Below are positions 40,701 to 54,721 of a DNA stretch of 64,000 nt, in pieces. A model generated the notes under the pieces. The model worked only from the letters and a program-made list of their open reading frames with translations. It was not told the origin of the DNA and ran no database searches. The stretch's first letter is position 1. Each line of letters opens with the position of its first letter. Origin of the DNA: Antedon mediterranea (Eukaryota; Animalia; Echinodermata). Both the position numbers and the translations under genes were made by a program. Location: assembly GCF_964355755.1 (NCBI RefSeq), contig NC_092671.1, forward strand, positions 11,284,001 through 11,348,000. Reading direction: 5' to 3'.

Positions 40701-43700
40701 TGAGAAAGTATGTGTCATCGATTGTGCTCTGATATTGCTTAATGTTATCACATGCATTAGCATATCTTCTATCTATAACAAATGTAATTGATAATAACTA
40801 ATAAAGAAACAAACATCCCTTATTAGGAAAAGTTTAAAACTATACTCGTTATTATGCCAAACGAATGATACGTCTTCAATGTTGGTAAACAAACAAAAGT
40901 AATTTATATAAGAAACTAAACATCAACACACATTAGTAAAAGTCAATTGTTTGTTTGATCGTTATTTCAACAAGGCCTATTTCGTTGCAATCGGCATGTA
41001 AGCCAATAATTGAATTTGCATTTGGACACAATATCCCTGCGGGATAGACACACTAACAATTATGATTCATACAATTTTACAAATACTCTTATTTTGAAGG
41101 ATTATGAGTGTAATGCTAGGCCTGGATATTGGCTGGTTATTAAATTGGTCCTAACGCCCCGTAGTTCACATCGCCCTAAGCGATAAATCCAAGACAGCTC
41201 GTAATCCATATGATTGACATAATTGTAGGCTTTTTATTTTGGTTTCGGAATTACATTTTCCTGCACGTCTTATCAGCACCAAAAAACAAACTATATTTAT
41301 TCCGATGTTATAGTGTCCCGAGTTATACATTATAGTATTACGCATGCCATCTGAATTCCTTAATATTTATACTACAGGACATTTCTATAATAATTACAGG
41401 ATGAAAAGTGCATTTAATCACGATGGTATAACTTAAGTATAATTTTATCTTAAATTTAGTTGAATTAATTTTGTGTCTTATCGGCCTTAAGTGGGTGTGC
41501 CTTGAAACTAAGCATCATGATCAAGTTGAACTTTACGAGCTTTACAATGATTAATATCAAAGAGTAATAACACCACTGGTCACTCATTCAATTCAAAGGT
41601 AAAAATAAACGGAGAGTTTGGAAATAGCTGTAAATTACGTATCTTACAGCATCACAGTCTAATTTCTACAACCTTCTTTCCTGAATCTTACAATAATCTT
41701 AACGTATGCAGAATTAAGTATGTCACTTGTCTATACAAAGCTTAGCTTTTCTATCAACGCCTTGCTCAGTAAGTGAACAAACCACTGATGTATGCTAACA
41801 ATAATCACTTAAAAATATCAGACTAATTTTTATATAGCCAAGCCTATTATTACTAATACGTTTATTTTTTCCCTCAAATACTAAGAAGATGTATCCCTTT
41901 GGGTAACGATACAAGATAAGGTGTCATTAAACTCAAAGTTCTTTAATTCTTTCTAATACTTAAGAAAAATTAAAATATCAACATGTTAAGCCAATACTGT
42001 ACTATAAATAATTTGCGTTTTTATTATGAAATAGGAACTGTTAACAAGAAATAAATAGATGGCATACGTATGTGTTCTATAACATTTATTTAAGGCGTTA
42101 CGGTAAGTAAATGATGAAATGTCTTCACATAATTAAGGAACACTTTCCCATAAAATGATATGAATGAATAAATGAATGAAAATAAGAGGCAATCCCTGTT
42201 CAAGGGACATCTCTATTATGGGAACACTTTGTTGGGTCGCGTGGTTTTTACTTAATAGAAGTTATATTGAACCTAATAAAATAAAGAAAAGAAATATAAA
42301 AGTTATGGATGAGCTACAACGACAGCAAACTGGATGAAAACATGTTGCACCTTCTACATTTATATTACTTATTTTATAAAATACAACTTGTATTAAGTTT
42401 ATTATAAACGTTTCAACTAATCAATGCAGCTAACAATGATGCTTTGATTCTTCGTTGATAAATTATCTAGACCTATATTTAAATGTTGAAACTTTTAGAT
42501 ATTATTTTTTTTTTCCATTTAATGGTGTTTTTTTTTTCTCTCTACGTTGTACTCGTCTTAGATTAATCTTCTTCAGTCTGTCTTGGTACGGCACTGGGTA
42601 GGCAATTACTTGGGACAAAGCGAGACAGCTGTCGGCCTAAATAGTTATTCAATAAAACCACTTTGTTAAATTTAACCTGGTCAAATATCATTCATAATTT
42701 GATCAATATTAAATGACTTAGTATCCGGTAATTCCAGCTTGTCAAGTCAACAGGTAACTTAAGGTTGAGACTCTTTAAACAAGGGGAATTGTTTTAGTTT
42801 GTAGGATTAGTATCTTGCATTGTTCCGATAGGCTGGTGTTAACTAAATAACGATTATTATTGCAATATAAATAATCAATATCACCGATCACATTAGCAAT
42901 TTTTATAAATCTACAAACATTTTAAACTAAAGCTCTGTCTACACTATAAAACTAGTTTGACAAAAAAAGTGTGATTTGCCCAAATTTGGTATTGATATGA
43001 CATCATCATATTCATATATAGGCACATCACGTTTTTCAAATAAAGTTTGATGTGTAGAGCTTTATATATTAGACCGAACATAAATTTACCGGTAACTATC
43101 AATTCAAATTCGTTGGTATAAGATTATAGGCATAATACTAATTGTATAAGCTTTTGCCTTATAATGTTTAATATTTTTATAATGAGATTAGAAAGTATGA
43201 CAATACCATTTATACACATTAAAGTATGATTTTGCGGTACACCGCGTACAGTACAGCTTTTAACCTCAACCATTAAAAATATCTAACAATTTTATAGATT
43301 AGATTATCTGTCATTCAGAGAGAATAAATGGCAATTTTATAAACGAAAATATAAACATAAAATACAATAACTTAGGTGCCAATTGACTCTCATTCATTGA
43401 CCTTTATAAAGAAACATCGTTATTTATTTTTTATACATGTTTTAACTACAGAATTATAGCTGTGCAGCTAAGCCATAATTCAACTTAAACCAATCGACGA
43501 AATAGCTAAAGAAATATATTCAATAGATTTATTTATTTGAGCAAATAACTACTTAAAATAATATTATATATCGTGCGATACACATTATTATTTAAGATTT
43601 CAATCGATACGATATTGTTATCGATCTTTTACGCGTATACTAGTTAATACTCTGTCTACATTTTGAACAAGCCTTATCCAATACAATATATATTTCTCAA

Positions 43701-46700
43701 CAAGAGAATGGTGAAAGTTAACTGTTGAATGCCGGGTATAGATGTGATTATTATTACTATGTGAAAGACGTGCAATACATTCTTCCCAAGACGAGTTACT
43801 CTCTAATTCCTATACTTCCCATGACTTTTAGATTTGGGTATATCTTTTACATTTACATTTTTCCTTTCGTTGTATCCAGAATATACATTATGAAGTATTA
43901 TAGTTTGAATATAGGATTTGTATTATTATTCAAAATATTTAAATTAGAAGAGTTGAATAGGATATATCGATATAATACAGTATTCAATTTGAATCTGATA
44001 GATTATTGAAACATAAATTAGGTTGTATCTAGGATACATTATTCAAATACCATTCAAAATAGGTTGAATCTATAATAAATATTCGAATAATATTCAAATT
44101 TGGTTGAGAATACTTTATTCAAATTAGGTTCAATCGATAATACTTTATTCAAATAATATACAAATTTTGTTGTATCTAGGATACATTATTCAAATAATAT
44201 TCAATCTGATTGAATCTATAATAAGTTATTCAAATAACATTTAAATTAGGTTGAATCTGGGAAAAATTATTCAAATAATATACAAATTAGGTTGAATCTT
44301 TCAGATAATATTCAAATAAAAATGTATTCGTAATTTAGCTGTATCATTACATTCTTACCTAATCAATACAAGAGTCCAAGTATCACGGAGAAATAATATA
44401 TGTATGATTATATAACAATTCTGTATGAAAACCTTTTAATTAGCTCATGATACGAAATTAGATCTTTTTCTCTAAGGCAATATTGACTCCTCACTACACA
44501 CTCGATAAACCAGCAAACGATCATTGCAATGAATTAATCATAAGATGGCTACATTATTAATTAACACTTACAGTATGACGAATAGATTCGATTACAATAA
44601 TCATGTCATTCCTATGTAATTTTTTCATATCAATACTATATACACGGCAGGTATGGGAAAATTGGCACCACAACGTCAAATGATATATAATTGCAGATAG
44701 ATTAGATTTCCATGCTCGCGGCAACATTATCATTGATAAATACGCTAAACTAGCAACTAGTTTGGGGGGTTTATACGTTTTCTAAAGGTAGGTTCAATTA
44801 TCATTACTACTGTCAAGGGAAATTCCTCATGATTAAGTAGTTGCCACAACTAACCTACAGTTTATTAGATTGTTCTTTTCAGTTACCGGTATGTAGTGAT
44901 TGTAAAATAAAATTAAAGTCAATAACAAGGTATGGTATATTTTGCAACTCTCGCAGTGAACAAAAAAAGAAAAAGGAAATTATTAAAAGACAATTTAGAC
45001 TTAAGTCTATAGTAGAAAACATTTTGTTTGTGTTATCAATGCATCACATAGCTGTAAATCATTGGTACTTATATACATTTATTATAATACAACATCTTTG
45101 TTTATAAATTCAGTATGGTAAAATAATTGAAGCCAATCAAGTTAATACTAATAACATGTCAACAGAGAGCGCGTTAGCTTGTGAGTTTCAACGCTAACGA
45201 CTTCAAAATATTTGTTTTTTGTTGTAATCATACCTTGTATAGATAATTCAAATAGCCTATTAGCAACACTTCGGTTCATTCGAGTGCCTCTTTATAACAA
45301 AGTGCTTGTTAAAATAGCAGTGTGTAGCGGCCGATGTTAGTTAAAGTGGTATTAACCTTATTATTAGTTTGTCGCAGTTACAATAATGCACGTGTGTATT
45401 GCGAGTGAAATTCGTGGGGTTACATTCTCGAGTAACTAAATGTCTTATATATATATCATACATAAAAATATCAAGGGCTCGCCTTGCGCATGCATGCCGC
45501 ACGCGTGCCAGACGCATCAATGGTAGATGACTTGTTTACTAAAATGTACATTGCGAGTTAAGTTGCTATGTTGGTCAATCAATATTATTTATGGATAGTT
45601 GGATAGCTTGGTTAGTCTGTAAACTGAATGATTAGGTCTAATTACCGGTTTAAAATCAACTGATCTATATTACATGGTATGTCCTATTGATATTATGGAT
45701 GTTTATTGTCAGTCCAATACGAAAACAAATACAATATAACCCCCCTTTTGGAACACTCGTATTTATGGAACACTTATGTTAAGTTGAAATATTTCCGTGA
45801 AACAAACGAGGGGAAATATGTATTAACACCTAATTTTCCTCTTCCCTGCTATAATCAACTTCTGTTCAGAGGAAAGAGGACACTCTTGAGTCCAGTGGTG
45901 TCCCCTTAACAAGGGCTCTTATACTTTATACAACAATTGTGTAGGCTATATAATATCTATAATCGTTCCGAATATAATTCACATTACGGTGATGAACTCA
46001 TTCCAACCGAACAAACCACATGAAGCGCAATAATACAAAGCTACATGATCCAGAGGACTGCTTGCTAAATTACCTATATCTATTCATATACATGATGATT
46101 GACATGTAGTCTACTCAAACTCATCCTTTCATGTATCTCTTCTTGTGTCAGCTTTTTAACAAGCCATCCGTTACCAATTACTTGTGCGATACATTACTGC
46201 AGGGACAACCCGCTCGCGCCCCAGGGACACTTAACATAATCCGTAGGCATGAACAACAACCCTCACCCCGGCCCTCCCTTGCAACATTGCAGTTTGGTTA
46301 ATGTATTGACAATTTTAGTTAGAGAATTTTAAAATAATACGTTTTTAATAGTTCAATTTTTTTATGGAGATATACAATTATGTTTGAGACAGTTACGTTG
46401 TTTTAATATTAATAGTAGGCTATATAGAAATACAAAACAAAAATAAGCGGGCGGATATATTGTGAATTAAAGTAATAAAAACTTTGCTAATGACACGATC
46501 AAACTTTGAAATACTACAATTAATTAATTACTGTAATTTAGTACTTTATAAACAAAACAGAATAGAACCCTTTCCGTGTGGCACTCATATATTAAGGGTT
46601 TAGCACTACGGCCAACCTCTATTCAGGGGACACCCATAATAACTTTGTTCGGGAATATCATCCTAAAATATTAATAAAGACTTTAATCAGAAACATTGTC

Positions 46701-48457
46701 ATTACCATTTTAATTTAATATTACAAAATATAATATTTAGTAAATTAAAATAGTTCATAAGGCTCTGTCTACACTATCAAACTTTATATGACAACAAAAT
46801 GTGATGTCCCCATATATGGACATGATGATGTCATATCACTACCATATTTGGGCACATCACACATTTTTTTTGGGTCAAACTAGTCTGATAATGTAGACAG
46901 AGCTTAAAACTGATTCAGCACATCAATTTCAGAGAGCTTCAAACAAGGTGATAATTAAAATTAATAATTAACGTCTTTATACTTTTGACGAATTAATCAT
47001 ACATGTTATAATCTACTCAAGGACGTTATTAAAACTATATATATTTTACTAATAAAAATAATATTGCTTCATTGAATATTAGTTATTATAATTAGGCTTT
47101 TTGATTTGGATTATGAGAATAATAAGAGATTATGAGGGAGATGTGATGTACCGGAGACGATAAGGATGAGGGAAGAAAAAGTAAAAATGTTTTTTTAAAT
47201 GTTTTGATGCTTCTAGTGTGATATTTATTTTATTAATATCTGACGGTTATTGATGTGAGTCTCCGTATGCTATTACCGTTACCGGTGTCACCAACACATA
47301 AACAACCGTACTCCAATTTTCGGCGCCACTGATTTTCAGAACATTTTCAATTAATGCATTTAATTAACAACATGCATTAAGTTAAACAATAGATGATCTC
47401 TGAAAGTATCTTCATAATTTTGGCGCAATGTTAGATAGACTGGAAATTCAAGCAATTAACAATGACACTAAAACCTCGTTTTGGTTTTAGTTGAGTCTCA
47501 CGCTTCGTCCCGATTCAACGCCTTTGCTAGATAAATTAACGCTTACAGTTCTTAGCAATAATGTGGCCACAGAACCGTGTCCGTAAGCACTGCAGCCGTG
47601 GCAAGAGAGAACGAGGGGGCTTAGAATATTTGATTAATAAAAGATAAGACTGTTCTCCTTTGTTCTATTTCCGATAAAAAATTATAAACGTCTCTCCTAT
47701 TTTTTTCATATACAATATTCAATGACATGTGTGATCAGTGACTTGATAATAGTGATCGTAATCAAGTTTTCAACTTTTTTAAATACTCATTTAAGAAACA
47801 AAATTATAAATCAATTAATATTTCTCTTATTTATAATATTCTCAACAGAGATCCATCTTTAACAATACTATTATTGAGTTTCTAGTCTTGCATTATACTT
47901 TGTTGTTATATGATATATCTATATCACAATAATGTGTTTACTAATTATATAAATTCAGATACGGTACTACCACGATATGTATTTTTGCAACAGTTTCATA
48001 AAACAAAACATTAAGGTACCTGAAGTACCGGTCGGTATTAATGAAAATAACATCATTGTCTTCTCATGTTATAGGCCAAGTTTGTTAAATATTGCCAAAT
48101 AAAAAGGCCTCTATTATTCCTATGTTAATATTTTTATTTTCATTCTTATCAGGTCCAAGAACAAGACGTTTGACACGAGACAAGCGAGAAGAAAAGAGGC
48201 CTAGAACGGCATTTACTGCCGAACAATTACAGCGACTGAAAGAGGAATTTCGCGTTAACCACTATCTAACGGAACAGCGCCGCCGTAGTTTAGCAGACGA
48301 TCTAAATTTAAACGAGTCTCAAATCAAGATTTGGTTCCAAAACAAGCGAGCAAAAATCAAGAAATCAAATGGTATTAGAAATGATTTAGCATCAGAACTT
48401 ATGGCCCAAGGACTGTATAATCATTCGACAGTACCTATAAAAGATGACTCCAGCTAA
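34769..48457 (+). CDS. en: engrailed homeobox protein; 2 exons, 197 aa, with a 13.1-kb intron
   Basis: Exon 1 (34769-35057) has the EH1 motif [14 protein letters not shown] and EH2 [17 protein letters not shown], and ends at donor G|gtaagg. Exon 2 (48153-48457) follows acceptor ttcttatcag and encodes GPRTRRL, the homeodomain [59 protein letters not shown] and EH5 [11 protein letters not shown]. The phase-1 junction is in frame. Confidence 0.98.
39153..39355. repeat. Local tandem duplication, about 94-bp unit x2
   Basis: cttcattatttgacattatt..gtaattaat..tgattaactcata..gagagagattat occurs at 39153 and again at 39247. Confidence 0.85.
42931..43061. mobile_element. MITE family B, copy 4 (in the engrailed intron)
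   Basis: taa|agctctgtctacactat ... gtttgatgtgtagagct|tta, with the same core. Confidence 0.8.
43960..44320. repeat. Degenerate minisatellite, about 40-bp unit (ttattcaaataatattcaaattaggttgaatct...)
   Basis: About eight tandem diverged units within the engrailed intron. Confidence 0.85.
46761..46904. mobile_element. MITE family B, copy 5 (inverted, in the engrailed intron)
   Basis: taa|ggctctgtctacactatcaaact ... tgataatgtagacagagct|taa gives a perfect TAA target-site duplication. The core is reverse-complemented relative to the other copies. Confidence 0.85.
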
Positions 48458-51400
48458 AGACATTGTAATAATATAATAATTTTGTACAAGGATAGTTGCA
48501 TTATATCTTTGTGTGTATGTATGTATATATAAAAGTAAGATAAATATATATATAATATGCAATTATAGTTCATAAATCGTTTATGTTTTACAGTGTGAAT
48601 ACCGGTAATGTACCACCAGCACACATCTATTCAAAGAAATTCCCGTCCCTTGTTCCACTATCAGATGGAAATAGGCCCAACAAGTTAACTGCATTGCTGG
48701 TTTAAGAGGCCCAACAGATACCGTACTAACTTGTGTTCTTACGTTAAGATCATAGTTTGGTGGTATCATGTTAAACGCTTCTATATATCCATATTATTAA
48801 TGCATAATTCTTCTAAAGTGTTAATCACATTATAGGCTTGTTCATGCTTAGTTATTTTACCCGGTTCCTACTCACCTAAGTGTGCGATAATTGTGCACAT
48901 GAAACTAACTTGGTAACTGTAACTATAACTAAGTCTGAACGGGCCCTAAGTTCATAAATTTGTATAAGTAGAAATATTTAAAATACGAACGCAGCGTATT
49001 GCATTATCTTATATTTTAAATACAGGGCTAATAAGAATTGTTTACTGTTAGAAGGCAATGTTTAAATGATGCATTCGTATTACCTTTGCCGTTATTGATT
49101 AGTATTAAGTTAGCTACTTGATATCATTCTTTCTGGCAATATTAATGTTTATATCATAACTTGTCGTCACATTTCGATTTTTGTCCTCAAACATATCAAT
49201 TCATCTTTTACTCCTGTATATTATTGACTTATGTAATTTAACAACATAGTTTGGACATTTCGTTAGAATAAAATAAATTTCATGAAAGCATTGTAAAAAC
49301 TACACTTTTTGTGGTTTGTGGATCATTCTGGTGTCGGGTGAAAGCTCCTCAAGCGAGCAGAATACCAAGTCAAAGGTTAAAGAAGATCATATAAAAACTG
49401 CGTTGTTTTAATGAACAACTATGAATTAAAAGTATGCAATGTTTAAACAAAAATCATAGTAACTGTATATGAATGCCGTGTGCATTTTATGCAACAGGGT
49501 CATGTGTTAATATGTAGCGCCGATCACCGACGAGTGGCGTTAAATCCATTTTCTCATTCTATAGGCATTTGTCTTTCTTTGATAATGATGCATTTCATAA
49601 TTGAAACTGCACTAGCGCTAAATGAATAATTCAACATTTTGATAGACACTTATTTCATTAAAATGTAAATAATCTGTGTTCCGGGACATAGGCGACTTAG
49701 TTGCAAAGTGACACGTGAGTCACACGTATATCTGATTTTTAAAATAATATGAGGTCATGTGTTGGTAATAATGATAATATGTATATATTCTGATATTGTA
49801 AATAACTGTATTCTAGTTCCACATATGCCTGTACAAGCGTACAGTATATACATTAAGCTAAGTTGAGTAAGGTAAAACTTCAGGGGTGATTTTAAAAATA
49901 TAAAGTAAAGACACTTATGTTTAACATAACACATTTTTTGAAAACAATAAATAATTGCTACTGATTTAAGCTATCCTCAAATAAAGTATGTAAATATATC
50001 AAATTTATATCGTATTGTGTTTTATTCGGACACCTTCTCTCTCACAGAGGCTTCATGGCCTCATTGATGACGTCACGAAGTTAGCGCCACCAGGAGGTAT
50101 CTGCGATAATAAACTTTTCAATTGGACCACATACTCATTACATAGTCCATCGTACTAATTCAGCACCCTTTATTTCCCCGGTTGCATACACCTAATTGAT
50201 GCAATTATATATTGTGTGTTGATGACACCTAAACCCTTAGTGGTGGATTTTAGCTATAGGAAATACTTAAAGATACTAAATTGATTTAAGAAAGCAGTAC
50301 TCGTTTACAGATAACGCGATTACGGACAGCTGTAGGCTATTGTGAATCACTTGGGACTGGACTAGGCCTCTGTGATGTGACCCAGAAAGCCACGTCCTTG
50401 GCCGACACTTAGCTCACCTGTGTACGGTATAAGATAGGCTTAAATTGCCACGAGCCTTGTGGTGATTCACCTGAACAAACTCATATTGTAACCTGTTTCC
50501 TCCGCCTGCAGTTCTGTAATCCAGTCTAGATTATATTCAACCCTTTATCTACTTGTTTCATCTCGATCCAAGCGAATACAAGGGATTTTGATACAATATG
50601 GGGGGTGTGGTTTACAACTTAGATCATTTCCAATACATTACTCAAGGTGAAATCCAACTGACATAACTAGGATTTTTTTTATCCATAATAGAACAGGAAC
50701 CCGTGTATTAAAAATACTGATTGAATAAACGTTTAATTTACAATAGGCTTGGCAACCCGTCACCTTGGGATTTCTACCCTGATGTGTAGCGGGTTTGACA
50801 AGTCTTAGAAATAATATAAGTATTATACAAATAATTATAAACTAATTCTACGTACCTTGATTTAATCTATCTGCCTTTCATTTTTTGGCCATAACATCCA
50901 ATTTGTATATCATCATTCTTGCCTTTGTAAAAGTCCAGACAATGATAATAATATACTTTCCAATTAGGCTTATGAATCATCGAGTCATTTACTTCACTGT
51001 AGCGTGGTTACCTTGATTACGGTACATTGTGTAGGGTTCAAATCCAATCTTTCTTTTTTTTAAGACAAACATTCACCAAATGTATTCAAGTTTTTAGTGT
51101 GAGTTTTTCTTTTTTGCTGGCTGCAAGGAAGAAAGATTGTTTTTCAAATGTATAGTTTATACATACACACACATAACAATAATGATAATAATAACTAGAT
51201 TTTAATTCGTCATTTTGACGCTAAAATTGTCTGCTGATTAGATAAAAATCAAAAGCCATAAAAGAATGATATGCCTTATCACAGTGAACTTAAACCTTAA
51301 TATATGTTGACAGATGAAATCAATATATAACCGATGGTTAAAATGTATCTATTAATATTTTCCTACCCGAATGAATATAAAGGCATACACTATACATAAT

Positions 51401-54400
51401 ATCAGATATATTATGTATGTCAAGGTTAATATTGAAATTGAAATTAATTTGAAGTAATAATCGAAGAGGCTGTTCGTGTCGAGACACAAAATTCGGCACA
51501 TCTCAATTAAGAATGTATCTATGTTGTTCTTTAATTTTCTAGCCTGTGGGCATATTATAAAATAACGCAACAGTTTAATGTTTACAAGAATGACAAACTG
51601 GCACGATTACAGGTGCACTCATTAGCGACCCGCAGGTTCATAAATTGCGATCGCAGCTGTGTAACTAATGATTGTGTAACTAGCTATCTGTAACTGCCAA
51701 CAGGAACAACATACTCAGTGACTTACATTTTTCGGTTGCTTCGCATAAATGTATATTGTAATTGTACATAATTGATCAATTATCATTCATGTTCAGTGTT
51801 TTACTGAACCTCATACCGAATAGATCATGACCCAATTTCACATTGTGTGCCACAGAGGAATTATAATTGTGTACACTGCTATTAAACTATAGGACACATA
51901 ATTGTGAAGGACACATAATGAGACAATAAGGATCCAGCCGTGTTCAAGTAGGCCTAGCTAATCACCTCAATATAAACTCTTGAAAAAGAATTTGAAATGA
52001 GCATGTACAGTTTTTTTTTATTTCACGTCTGCTCCCCTTCTTTCTTTTCATACACAGATATTACATCGTAAACAATATCAATAAATCAAATAATTATTTT
52101 TTTCACTGGTAAACGCTTCTGGAGGCTGTTAAAACTTAAAATGTCTTCATCCTACACTATAATGCATGGAGGGTTTGGAAGATGTATTGTTATAGGCCCA
52201 GTTAGTTCCTCCTTGATTGTTGAATAGGCAGGCCTCACACTATTTCTGTTTCTATCTTATTCTTACCATACTCAAGTCAGGTTACCTGTATGATATTCTT
52301 TCCTTTCTATGTTACTATACTACTTAGATCGAGAATACCTATTAATGCCGACAAAATGTTAATTGTATATTCCTAGACTGCGCAGCAGATAGACACGATT
52401 GGCTCCAGTTTTAATCATCAACATCTATTCAATTATAGTTTATGAAGCGCAACAATACTAGTACGCTCATAATGTTTATTATACACGTGTTTAGCATAAT
52501 TACTACTTACTATTTTAGTTTAATGTGTTTGAACTCGTATCTCAGTTGAAAACTATGTAATCGTCAATTTTTTTTTAGAACACTGCCCTCTTCTTGTTAA
52601 GGTACTAGACTTACTAATTACGCTATTCATAAATGAAGTATTCATAAAAATGACAACAAAATTGTATTCACAAACTAGATGCAATTTTCTTGCGAATATG
52701 AAGTGATTATTGAATGAATAAAAGTGGTAGCAATCTACAAACGAAAAAAACAATGTTTATACAGTAGATGTATTGGTCTGCATCACTTATTTACACAAAT
52801 TCATGATAAATTTTGCCGTGGACCTATAAGTAGAGATTTATTTATATAAGGTCCATGATCGAACGAATACTGGCGCGTATTAAACAAAAATAAAGTAAAA
52901 TATGAGCACATTTTGCTTCTGTATCATCATGTAGGCTACTTATAGGCATACATGGATAAGTTTAGCTAAATTAATTTCTCCATTATCCGACGATTAGAAA
53001 TTTTGCCACTTTTGATTTAAATGTTTTGAATGTCGCCCTCTTTTGTTCAAAAACTTTTCTGTTAGAAAGAAACCTGGAGAAAGTCCCAGAAAATATTTAT
53101 TGAGATTGTGTTGTGATTATAGAGGGCGTCAAACATGTTCATGTTGCACAAAATAAAAGAGTCTTCTTCATTTAAGTGTAAACTGTATTACTAAATATAA
53201 CTAAAGTTCAGTTTAATGTAAACATTTTACAACTTAATTCAGACTGACAAGCACCCGCTTCTTTTGATGACAACTGTATGTTGTATCTATGAGTTATAAT
53301 TATATTATATTATATTAATCAATACGTTATTCTTTAACATGGTCTGAAGATCCAAATATCCTCATCAAAATCCATCTACTATAAAACTATAAAATAAGCA
53401 TCATACTGCAAACATTGCCAAGCGCCAACAAGTCTGATACACTAACAATCGCTTGAATAAAAGGTTTGTGTGAATGACTCCAAACTGAACAGAAGGGTGA
53501 ACGATTCTACCTCATATCTATTCTAGCCCAATCGAGCGTGGGGGAATTCGGCAAAACGTGTTCTAAACAGGAATTGTACCCATTATTTTTAGATGCATTA
53601 TACTTTCAATGTCAATGCCATCCTAACATGTTTTTGTTATTGTGATATTATCTAAAAACTTTAAATAACGTGTTGGGTTATCTACTATTATTAAAACCAG
53701 TTTATTGATCTACTTACTATAGTCTATTGTTGAATTTGACCCTGAAATTGTGTTCTTCAGTTTTTGTTTTTTACTGTTTTATGAAACGTTTCCGAGTATG
53801 TTATATTTTATTTTTGACTCGACAACGATGAAAAGATTTGTCAAAATATCCTATGTACATTTTGACAATCCATTATGTAATCTTGGAGTTTGGAATATAC
53901 CAGTAATTAATTGTAAAAGCAGTAAAAATTAAATCATCTTTTTTCACGTTATTAGAGCTATATGTATTAAAGCAGGTCAGCAAGACAGTTTTAAAGCGAC
54001 AGTTCTTCAATTCACATAATGAACATAAAATCTCTGATAAATGCGACCAAAATGTAGAATCGTTCCATCTTAAATTGCACTCTAATAACCATAATAAATG
54101 TAACAACAAACTACATGCGATTTTACAGATAAACTTTGTCAATTTATTTATTCGTTATGTACATAATAATATTAACAATAGCTATAACACAACATTCTTA
54201 TCAATTACAATCTATTTTGTTTTACATTTCTAGTTTATTTACACATTATGAGAAGGATTGTTTTTGGTTGGTACATACCCGATAGAGACTTTTCTGACAA
54301 ATAAGCCAATACAGACACTCCTATTGGAAGAAAATACCAAGTAGAAGAGAAAAATAATAACAAAATACTCCCGTTATGTCATTCATTGAAGCATTTGGGC

Positions 54401-54721
54401 TAGGTTTGTACCGTGGTGGTTAAATGATGGATTCACATCTACTGTATTGTTTGGGAAACTTACTATAGATCTAAAGGATCCAGTTATTTAAAACACAGAT
54501 TGGAAAATGAAAGGGAAAAAAGATTTTTTAACCAATTTTTTTTTCTATAAAGATCCTTGTCATGTTCTTTAACAACCGTCTGTTAGTATAGACTTTTAGT
54601 AGGAGAGCCATTAGATAACCGACTTCGAATGTGTATTTGGAGCAGCTTTATACTGTACCAAACTTCTGTTTTCATATAAATTATTTTATTCAATATAGGC
54701 CTATTTGTTTTGTTATTGGTG

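Noticed and set aside
43960-44320. About 40-bp periodic array as CRISPR
   Set aside because: It is a degenerate AT-rich tandem repeat without distinct spacers.
52818-52857. Hairpin tggacctata...tataaggtcca as a miRNA precursor
   Set aside because: The stem is too short and AT-rich, and I recognise no known mature miRNA. It is more likely a tiny MITE relic.
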